Positions 1 to 7,346 of a stretch of DNA of 64,000 nucleotides are shown piece by piece. The notes below the pieces were generated by a model. That model did not search any database, had not been told where the DNA came from, and saw nothing but the letters and a program-made list of their open reading frames with translations. The first letter of the stretch is position 1; each line of letters starts with the position of its first letter. The position numbers and the translations under genes are program-made. Source of the DNA: an uncultured SAR86 cluster bacterium (lineage in GTDB: Bacteria > Pseudomonadota > Gammaproteobacteria > Magnimaribacterales > AG-339-G14); the NCBI GenBank assembly GCA_902594855.1, contig CACJNS010000001.1, positions 474,405-538,404 on the forward strand, given 5' to 3'.

Positions 1-21
1 CGTTATATACACTGTAGCCAT
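1..21 (-). CDS. 5' end of an unidentified gene that runs off the window (reads M-A-T-V-Y-I-T)
   Basis: A minus-strand ATG lies at 21..19. A GGAGG Shine-Dalgarno (complement of 27..31) sits 5 nt upstream, directly after the stop of the 1067-aa gene. Only 7 codons are visible. Confidence 0.3.
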
Positions 22-44
22 AGGTACCTCCTTCTTTTATAAAA

Positions 45-3000
45 TTATGGCGCCTCAAAGATTATAACTCCATGATCTACACTAGGCTTACCACCATTTA
101 GTATTTCATCGTCAGCAGGAACGGGTCCAACATCGTCAGCAGAGATCGGCGTTCCATTAAGTTCATCGAGCGCTGTTGGTGATGTGCTATAAGCTAAAGT
201 ACCAATTGCCTCGTCAGCAGGTTTTAAAAAATACTCTCCACGAATGATTTTTGACTTATATTTAGTGCCATCGTCACCGACCACTTCAGATCCATCAGGA
301 ATAGTATATTCAGGGAACCATCTTATGTTTTCCCAACCCCCTTCGTTATAGTCCCAATATTCTCCCTTTTCTGTCCAAGTAGCAATATCAAATGCTGTCC
401 ATTCAAAACCCCATAATTGACCAAACCCGGAATACTCCAAGGTTTTTTTCTTATCAGCTAACTTACCGTATTTAGATGGATCGTTTGGAATTTTGAAAGT
501 AACGGAATGCGGCCTAGAGATTTCAACCAGTTGATCGTTGCTATCAAATATCTGATAACTTTTCCAAGTATCCCAATACAAGTCATAGTATTCATCAGAG
601 GCCTGTAATTTATCTACACAATATCTTTTTAAGGAGCTATCCGCATTTTGAATTGTAGTGTCATCATGCCAACCATAAGAATCTTTTGTGCCATTGCCAT
701 CAGAATCTTCAATTTTATCGCACTCCATTTGATCTAATTTAGCCATATTGAATAGACGCATATTTGCGTAAAGGCCGCATACTTCTCCAACTCCATTAGG
801 CTCTAAATAGCAAACATTTTGAAAAGCACTCCAAGGATCGCTGTACTCATAAATGGTATTTGGAAATGCAATGTCTGCATTTGTAATCGTATCTTGAATA
901 GCTCCATTGACGAATTTATATTGCATCAATTCAGTTTCCAATACACCGTCTGAAGTCCAATCTCCGGTGGTTCTTCCGTCTTGATTTGTTCTCAAGTAAT
1001 TTCCAGTAGGAACAGTTGACGTCGAGGCTTCTATCCCAGGACTAGTTAATGGCGAGGGAGACTTACCAGAAACAGTAGTATTATTTCTGTTGGCAGTATC
1101 GATTTTCGATATAGCATCTGCTATGTAAGCATTGAAACTTCGAGAGGAGTAGCAATTTTGAATACACCCAAGAGTAATTGAGGCTAGATCCTCAAGAGAG
1201 GCTTCACTTTCTTTCCTAAATTCAACTGATAAAGAAGTTGGATCCTGCATGGCAGATGTAGTAATTTCATATCCACCATAGTTTCCTCCGGTAGCCCATA
1301 ATGTTCTCCAAACTTGATAACCATCGTTAGAATCAAGGTTATCATCCATCGCATCCAAATACTGTTGTGGAGTAAAAGCGAATTCAGTAATTTCATCTTC
1401 CCCAATCCACCAGCCGTAATCATTGGTTTTAATTGCTGAATCAAAGACAAAAGCTCCGGCTGGAGAAGTTCCGCTGACTTGATACGCTGCATCCCAGTAT
1501 CCTTTAAAAACTACATATGTACCTGTGACAGGCACGCCAAGAGATGACCATCTTTCTTTCATGCATCTATCATCATCTCCATTCGAATTAGAATCTATAG
1601 AGTCTAAGATGGGTGTTGTGCCTTCGTATCCAACCACGTAATTATTCCACCAGCATTCAGAGCCGGTCTCTTTGATATCCCACTCAACGTAGAGTTCTAC
1701 TTCTACACCGTCTAATTCATTAAGGCTTTTCTTCTCAACCGAAATTTTTCGAATACTCACTGACTTAGGCTTTAGAAAATAGTTTGCTGTATCGTCGGAA
1801 TTTACTTTTGTAAAAGGCGTCGTATCAGTTACGATATTTTGGAAGTTGTAATCAAGCCAAACTCCCCAGTAATCTGCCCAGGCGTAAGGAGTTCCAACAG
1901 AGGTTGTCCCTTCTGTTAATTCAGGGCCTTCTAATTCAAATCCTGGATTCTTAAGGTTATACCTTGAACCGTCTTGATTGTAGAGTCCGTATTCCCAAAC
2001 GCTCACCTTCGCAAGGTCTCTATCAGTTGATTTACATTTTTCTGTGAAATCTGGAACGCCATAACCTCCAAACCATGACCAGTCAGCATTAACAAATGTT
2101 TCTGTATCATCCACTAAGGTTCCATTCTCTAATTCTTTTCTCACTGCAACCAGCTTTTCACAATATCTTTTTGAAGCGTCATCAAAAGAAAATCCACTAG
2201 TGAATTTACCTTTCCATGATTGCTTATTCATTACAATCTCATTTCCATTGCTATCATACTCAGGATAATCACAGCTCATGGCGTCTCTGATTTGTATGTT
2301 GCTTCCTAAATCGACAACGCAATAAATTTCTTCTTCTTCCCAAAGCCCGTCTCTAGTGAAGACAGTTTCTCCACCAATAGTTTGAGCGTTTTGAGTGATG
2401 ATGATTTCTGTGTTTCCGCTGTCGAAATCACCTCCATATCCGTCCGCTGCAGCCCCAGCAGAATTTCCACTCGTTTCTGAGCCGGTAATATCGCCTGAGC
2501 CAAGCTCCTGGAAAGCAATTGAATTTCCCATAGTGGACAGATACCCACTGCCATTCACAGTTCCCATAGGAGGACATTTCATATATTTTTCTGTTTCTTG
2601 ATAGTACTCCCAAGATGTCTCTATATAGCCAGCAGCTGTCGCGGCTTGTTGGGCCTCTTCAATGGAACTATAAGGGGCGTTCTTGCAATTGGTAGTAATT
2701 AAATAATTAAGCTCCATATCTCCATTTGGATCGGATTCTTTAGCGCCTGCATAAACTTTTGTTAAAGCATAAATCAGCATATCAGGCTGAGCATCCCACA
2801 AATTATCATAGTTTGATTGCGCTTCTGAGTAGTCACCTTTTTGAAAAAACCATGATTTAACTTCGATATGCTCAGGAATGGATGTAGTTCCATCTACTTG
2901 CGGTTCTTTATACTCAACGTCCACAATCATGGTGCTTGGAAGTTCTACCTGATTTTGTTGTTGCTGATTTTGTTGACCGCTGCCAGAGCTTGAACCAGAT

Positions 3001-3248
3001 TGTCTAGACGAACCAGTTTGAATTGCTTGTTTCCTGCATCTCTCTGGATAGACGTTTGCTTTGTAAGGACCCTTATCAATGTACTGTTCAGCTCTTAGCT
3101 TAGAGATGATGCATAGGATTTCGTTTGCCATGTTAAGGCTGTCTTCCACCTGATTCTCACCGGCAAAAATATCAGCAACATCAGTATCATAGGTCTGAGT
3201 AAATGTATTAACTGATAATAAACTTAAGACTAATAATAAATACTTCAT
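45..3248 (-). CDS. Large secreted protein of unknown function (1067 aa)
   Basis: Uninterrupted 1067-aa ORF with an N-terminal signal peptide (MKYLLLVLSLLSVNTFTQ). It has a Ser/Gln low-complexity linker (SSRQSGSSSGSGQQNQQQQNQ), is Trp/Tyr/Asp-rich, and carries a repeated C-D...DS[ND]GN...KRYC..KL motif. I recognise no catalytic motif. Confidence 0.8.
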   Translation of the reverse strand: MKYLLLVLSLLSVNTFTQTYDTDVADIFAGENQVEDSLNMANEILCIISKLRAEQYIDKGPYKANVYPERCRKQAIQTGSSRQSGSSSGSGQQNQQQQNQVELPSTMIVDVEYKEPQVDGTTSIPEHIEVKSWFFQKGDYSEAQSNYDNLWDAQPDMLIYALTKVYAGAKESDPNGDMELNYLITTNCKNAPYSSIEEAQQAATAAGYIETSWEYYQETEKYMKCPPMGTVNGSGYLSTMGNSIAFQELGSGDITGSETSGNSAGAAADGYGGDFDSGNTEIIITQNAQTIGGETVFTRDGLWEEEEIYCVVDLGSNIQIRDAMSCDYPEYDSNGNEIVMNKQSWKGKFTSGFSFDDASKRYCEKLVAVRKELENGTLVDDTETFVNADWSWFGGYGVPDFTEKCKSTDRDLAKVSVWEYGLYNQDGSRYNLKNPGFELEGPELTEGTTSVGTPYAWADYWGVWLDYNFQNIVTDTTPFTKVNSDDTANYFLKPKSVSIRKISVEKKSLNELDGVEVELYVEWDIKETGSECWWNNYVVGYEGTTPILDSIDSNSNGDDDRCMKERWSSLGVPVTGTYVVFKGYWDAAYQVSGTSPAGAFVFDSAIKTNDYGWWIGEDEITEFAFTPQQYLDAMDDNLDSNDGYQVWRTLWATGGNYGGYEITTSAMQDPTSLSVEFRKESEASLEDLASITLGCIQNCYSSRSFNAYIADAISKIDTANRNNTTVSGKSPSPLTSPGIEASTSTVPTGNYLRTNQDGRTTGDWTSDGVLETELMQYKFVNGAIQDTITNADIAFPNTIYEYSDPWSAFQNVCYLEPNGVGEVCGLYANMRLFNMAKLDQMECDKIEDSDGNGTKDSYGWHDDTTIQNADSSLKRYCVDKLQASDEYYDLYWDTWKSYQIFDSNDQLVEISRPHSVTFKIPNDPSKYGKLADKKKTLEYSGFGQLWGFEWTAFDIATWTEKGEYWDYNEGGWENIRWFPEYTIPDGSEVVGDDGTKYKSKIIRGEYFLKPADEAIGTLAYSTSPTALDELNGTPISADDVGPVPADDEILNGGKPSVDHGVIIFEAP

Positions 3249-3338
3249 TATTTTCTCCCAGGTAAGAATATAGCTAAAAAAAATTTAATTTACAAAAACA
3301 TTAACCTATACTTTTACTAATCTTAGATAGGAGAAAAA

Positions 3339-3710
3339 TTGAAAAAAATTGCAGCTTACAAAACTTTAGGGACCAACGATTTAGATGCATCAAAAGCCTT
3401 CTACGATGGCTTATTCGAAGACTTGGAGACTTTATCTTTTTCACCTAACGAGAGAAGCCAGTTCTGGGTAATTAAAGGAGATGATTCCATGTTTGCTGTG
3501 TTTAAACCTTACGATGGGGAAAAGGCATCAGTGGGCAACGGCAGCATGACAGGTTTTTTAATGAATTCAGAGCAAGAAGTTGATGATTTTCACGCTAAAG
3601 CAATTTCACTTGGCGCGACTGATGAAGGTGCTCCTGGGAGGCGAACTGAGAATTTCTACGGTGCATATGTAAGAGATCTAGACGGAAATAAACTTGTTTT
3701 TTATGTTTAA
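3339..3710 (+). CDS. Glyoxalase/VOC-family small protein
   Basis: 123-aa ORF with a TTG start preceded by AGGAG. The N-terminal ...DLDASKAFYDGLF and C-terminal ...YVRDLDGNKLVFY strings are typical of the vicinal-oxygen-chelate fold. Confidence 0.65.
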   Translation: MKKIAAYKTLGTNDLDASKAFYDGLFEDLETLSFSPNERSQFWVIKGDDSMFAVFKPYDGEKASVGNGSMTGFLMNSEQEVDDFHAKAISLGATDEGAPGRRTENFYGAYVRDLDGNKLVFYV

Positions 3711-3813
3711 TCTTAATAAAGAGCTTTTTTATTTCATGCATCATTTTTCATTTCTAACATTTCCTCTTTGAAATAAATTTTAGAGATTTCCTTTTTTAAA
3801 ATATAATTCTCCT

Positions 3814-4008
3814 TTGGCTACATATGAATGCTCAAAATGCGGATTGGCGGTGAACGCTTCCTGCGCAAAATGTGACCTGGCTCTGATCGACGATGTATTG
3901 ATTACAGATGATGGCAGGGAAGTGCAGATTTCAAAATGCACCAGTTGCGAAGGCAAAATTAAATCGCCTTTGTGTTGCGGCATGGACATGACTTGCTCGC
4001 TTGCTTAA
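3814..4008 (+). CDS. Small cysteine-rich putative metal-binding protein (64 aa, 9 Cys)
   Basis: It has three CxxC pairs (C6/C9, C17/C20, C42/C45), a CC (54/55) and C61. This regular spacing favours this strand over the overlapping antisense ORF 3780..3989. Confidence 0.6.
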   Translation: MATYECSKCGLAVNASCAKCDLALIDDVLITDDGREVQISKCTSCEGKIKSPLCCGMDMTCSLA

Positions 4009-4082
4009 ATTTCACAGCCTGATCACAATTTAATTAAGACGAGGTACAGAAACATCTGTACACTTATCTCTTTTAGGATTTT

Positions 4083-4322
4083 ATGAATATTTACGTAGGG
4101 AATATCCCTTGGTCGGTCACGGATGATAAGCTCGAAGAGCTCTTTGCACAATTCGGTACCGTTACTTCAGCTAAAATCATTATCGACAAATTCTCAAAAC
4201 GCTCTAGAGGTTTTGGGTTTGTTGAAATGGCTGACGGTGGCGAGCAAGCAATTGCTGAATTGAATGACAAAGACTTCGAAGGCAGACCGTTGGTGGTCAA
4301 CGAATCAAGAAGCAAAGATTAA
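4083..4322 (+). CDS. RRM-type RNA-binding protein
   Basis: 79 aa with an RNP-2-like NIYVGNI and the RNP-1 octamer RGFGFVEM. Confidence 0.85.
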   Translation: MNIYVGNIPWSVTDDKLEELFAQFGTVTSAKIIIDKFSKRSRGFGFVEMADGGEQAIAELNDKDFEGRPLVVNESRSKD

Positions 4323-4323
4323 C

Positions 4324-5877
4324 TTAGGGTTTAATTACCGTTGGTTCAGTGAGATTCATCTTTTTTGGATGATCTATGGAGAAGTGCAAGCCGCGACTCT
4401 CTTTTCTCAGCTGCGCGCTTTTAATTATATGTTCGGCAACTTGAGTAAGGTTTCGCAACTCAATCAAATCTGAGGTAACTGAAAAGTTCCAATAATAATC
4501 CTCCACTTCTGCTTGGATAGCTGCTAGTTCAGCAACTGCTTTGGCTAAACGTTTATTGGAACGCACGATCCCAACGTAGTCCCACATCAAACGTCTGACC
4601 AAGTTCCAATTGTGGTTGACAATAATTTTCTCGTCCGATTCCACCACCATTGAGCTATCCCACAAGGGCAGTTCCGGCTGGTCGATGGGATCATCGTTTA
4701 AAATCACTTCAGCTGCTGCTTTACCAAAGACAATGCATTCTAATAGCGAATTAGAAGCCATGCGATTTGCCCCGTGTAAACCTGTGTAGGAAACTTCTCC
4801 TATGGCGTAGAGCCGGTCAATATCGGTTTTGCCGGAGAGATCTACCATAACCCCGCCGCAAGTATAGTGAGCTGCTGGGACCACCGGAACAGGAACTTTG
4901 CTCATGTCGTAACCAAAAGACAAGCACGTCTCAAAGATGCTCGGAAACTTTTGTTGGATCACCGATTTCTCAGCATGGGTCATATCCAGCATGACGTGGT
5001 TTAAGCCAGAACGCTTCATCTCGAAATCAATCGACCGGGCGACAATGTCCCTGGAAGCCAAATCTCCCCGCACATCAAAGCGCTCCATAAAAGCCTCACC
5101 GTTCGGGAGCCGCAAAATAGCCCCTTCACCGCGAAGCGCTTCGCTGAGTAAAAAGGATTTTGCCTGCGGATGATAAAGACAAGTGGGATGAAATTGGTTG
5201 AACTCCATGTTTGCCAGACGACACCCTGCGCGTGCTGCTAAAGCATAACCGTCACCGCTCGCTCCGTCCGGGTTGCTGGTATAAAAATAGACTTTACTGG
5301 CTCCGCCAGTTGCCAGAACGGTATGGCTGGCAGAAAAAGTTTTAATCAAACCCGTTGCTCTTTCAAGAATATACGCTCCCAGACAACGCTCCCCGTCTTT
5401 AATCAAATCGACAGCGAGGTGTTTTTCGTAAACGGTAATGTTTTGATGTTCTCTGACTCGTTGCGCCAACGAATCAGAGATTTCTCGGCCTGTGGTGTCA
5501 TCGGAATGAATCACCCGGCGTTGACTGTGACCGCCTTCTTGAGTCAAATGATAATCGGCCCCGTCAGCCGTGCGGGTGAATTCAACGCCCATGTCGATCA
5601 ACCACTCGATTGCAGCTTTGCTGTTTTCAATCGTAAAGCGAACCGCTTGCTCGTCGCAAATGCCGTCGCCCACCTTTAAAGTATCTTGAATGTGACTTTC
5701 AACGGTATCCTCTTTGGCTAACACCGCAGCAATGCCGCCTTGCGCGTACCAAGTTGAGCTATCAACGAGGGTTTCTTTGGAGATCAACGTAACTTTTCGA
5801 TGATCGGCAAGATTCAGCGCTAAAGTTAGACCCGCTGCACCGCTGCCAACGATCAAGACGTCAGATTTTATGTTCAC
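4324..5877 (-). CDS. nadB: L-aspartate oxidase
   Basis: 517 aa with an N-terminal FAD GxGxxG (VGSGAAG). The HYTCGGVMVD and RGEGAILR motifs are characteristic of NadB/fumarate-reductase flavoproteins. Confidence 0.93.
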   Translation of the reverse strand: MNIKSDVLIVGSGAAGLTLALNLADHRKVTLISKETLVDSSTWYAQGGIAAVLAKEDTVESHIQDTLKVGDGICDEQAVRFTIENSKAAIEWLIDMGVEFTRTADGADYHLTQEGGHSQRRVIHSDDTTGREISDSLAQRVREHQNITVYEKHLAVDLIKDGERCLGAYILERATGLIKTFSASHTVLATGGASKVYFYTSNPDGASGDGYALAARAGCRLANMEFNQFHPTCLYHPQAKSFLLSEALRGEGAILRLPNGEAFMERFDVRGDLASRDIVARSIDFEMKRSGLNHVMLDMTHAEKSVIQQKFPSIFETCLSFGYDMSKVPVPVVPAAHYTCGGVMVDLSGKTDIDRLYAIGEVSYTGLHGANRMASNSLLECIVFGKAAAEVILNDDPIDQPELPLWDSSMVVESDEKIIVNHNWNLVRRLMWDYVGIVRSNKRLAKAVAELAAIQAEVEDYYWNFSVTSDLIELRNLTQVAEHIIKSAQLRKESRGLHFSIDHPKKMNLTEPTVIKP

Positions 5878-5928
5878 TCAGATAAGGTAGGCTAAAAAGC
5901 AACACAAAAGGCAACTAAGCATAGACAA

Positions 5929-6138
5929 TTAACTAAGCATGCGAACCAACGCTGCAACGCTCACCAAGGTCACCAAACCAAGGAAGACCCAGCGATACCA
6001 CCAGTAACGGCGACTTGTCCAATCTATTTTATTGTCACGATTGCGTTGACTGGCCGAGGCTCGAAAACGACTCAAGTAAAAAAACACAGCCAAAGAAACG
6101 ACGATAAGACCGCCGAAAAATAACGTATTGAGATCCAT
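5929..6138 (-). CDS. Small two-helix membrane protein
   Basis: 69 aa with two hydrophobic segments flanking an Arg-rich loop. Its start overlaps the stop of the upstream BI-1 gene by 1 nt. Confidence 0.5.
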   Translation of the reverse strand: MDLNTLFFGGLIVVSLAVFFYLSRFRASASQRNRDNKIDWTSRRYWWYRWVFLGLVTLVSVAALVRMLS

Positions 6139-6896
6139 TAACGGCTGCGTATTTTCGCAAGCAATCTGAGCATTTCAAGATACAGCCAGATCAAAGTAAC
6201 CATTAAGGCGAACGCACCGAACCATTCCATGTATTTCGGCGCACCGCGTTCTGCGCCATCTTCAATGAAGTCAAAGTCCAACACCAAATTCATAGCTGCA
6301 ATACCGACAACAAATAAACTGAAGCCAATGCCAAACAAACCGTTTGAATGAATAAAGCCAATTCCTGAGCCAAACATACTCATGACAAAGCTGATGGCGT
6401 ATAAGACCGCAATGCCCATAGTGGCAGAGACGATCATCAAGCGAAAATTCTCTGTGGGTTTGATGACTCCAGTTTTATAAAGCACCAACAGGGAGGCCAG
6501 GGTTCCAAAAGTAAGACCGGTGGCCTGGATAACAATGCCCGGATACATGCTTTCAAAAGCAGCCGAGATTCCACCCAAGAAGAGTCCTTGCAAGATGGCG
6601 TAAATAGGAGCTGTGTACATGGCAACCGTGGGTCTAAACATAGTGATCACGGCAAAAATCATGCCGCCAAAAAGCCCCACCGGCATTAAGATGCCTGCGC
6701 TACCGGTTGAGTAATATTGATTCCAGGTGAACAAAGCGCCACCAATAACCAAAGCCAATAAAATTCCAACTTTGTTTACCGTGCCCTGTAGAGTCATGGT
6801 TTTGGTTTCGACCGATTCAAACCCAGCGAACGTAGCGTCACTTAAAGTAGGATTTCCCGATCTTCCTAACATTCTCAAAGCATTATGTTTTGTCAT
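6138..6896 (-). CDS. Bax-inhibitor-1/YccA-family membrane protein
   Basis: 252 aa with about 7 hydrophobic helices, a family-typical N-terminal SGNP motif and a charged C-terminus. Confidence 0.8.
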   Translation of the reverse strand: MTKHNALRMLGRSGNPTLSDATFAGFESVETKTMTLQGTVNKVGILLALVIGGALFTWNQYYSTGSAGILMPVGLFGGMIFAVITMFRPTVAMYTAPIYAILQGLFLGGISAAFESMYPGIVIQATGLTFGTLASLLVLYKTGVIKPTENFRLMIVSATMGIAVLYAISFVMSMFGSGIGFIHSNGLFGIGFSLFVVGIAAMNLVLDFDFIEDGAERGAPKYMEWFGAFALMVTLIWLYLEMLRLLAKIRSR

Positions 6897-6929
6897 GCAT
6901 ACTCCTTATTTGTGTAATATTATGCCTAT

Positions 6930-7265
6930 ATGAGTATTATTGTTGCTTATTTATTTTTATCAATAGCTATCGTGACAGAGGTTATCGGTACGATTTATTT
7001 GCGCGACACCGAAGGCTTTACACGCCTTACGCCAAGCATCATCACAGCCCTAAGCTATGCCGCTTCTTTTTACTTCATTTCGCTGACTCTGAAGCAAATA
7101 CCGGTCGCGGTATCCTACGCAATTTGGTCAGGAGTAGGGCTGATTTTGATAAATATCTTTGCTTCTATCAAATACGATCAAACGCCCAACACCATTACGA
7201 CTGTAGGCATGGGATTTATCATTCTTGGCGTGGTTTTAGTTAATTTCAACTCAGGTGTTGATTAA
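6930..7265 (+). CDS. SMR-family small multidrug efflux protein (EmrE-like)
   Basis: 111 aa with 4 TM helices. It has the conserved membrane Glu in TEVIGT, plus EGFTRL and YAIWSGVG strings nearly identical to EmrE. Confidence 0.9.
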   Translation: MSIIVAYLFLSIAIVTEVIGTIYLRDTEGFTRLTPSIITALSYAASFYFISLTLKQIPVAVSYAIWSGVGLILINIFASIKYDQTPNTITTVGMGFIILGVVLVNFNSGVD

Positions 7266-7346
7266 TTAGCAAAATACCACAAAATAGCCCATCCAACTTA
7301 ACAAGAAGCCTTATTTAAATGGAGAAATGGACTTTTGGGTTGAAAT

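Noticed and set aside
1184-2613. Small ORFs (1184..1492 -, 2306..2554 -, 2395..2601 +, 2428..2613 -) inside the 1067-aa gene
   Set aside because: They are fully nested in a much longer ORF that has a signal peptide, and they have no features of their own.
3780-3989. 69-aa minus-strand ORF overlapping the Cys-rich gene
   Set aside because: The plus-strand frame gives a regular CxxC pattern and a plausible start. The minus-strand product has no features and no Shine-Dalgarno.
4264-4473. 69-aa plus-strand ORF spanning the RRM gene end and the nadB 3' end
   Set aside because: It overlaps two well-supported genes in other frames and on the other strand.
6890-7243. 117-aa ORF in an alternative frame over the SMR gene
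   Set aside because: The 6930..7265 frame aligns nearly residue-for-residue with EmrE motifs. The alternative frame is Cys/Arg/His-rich with no features.
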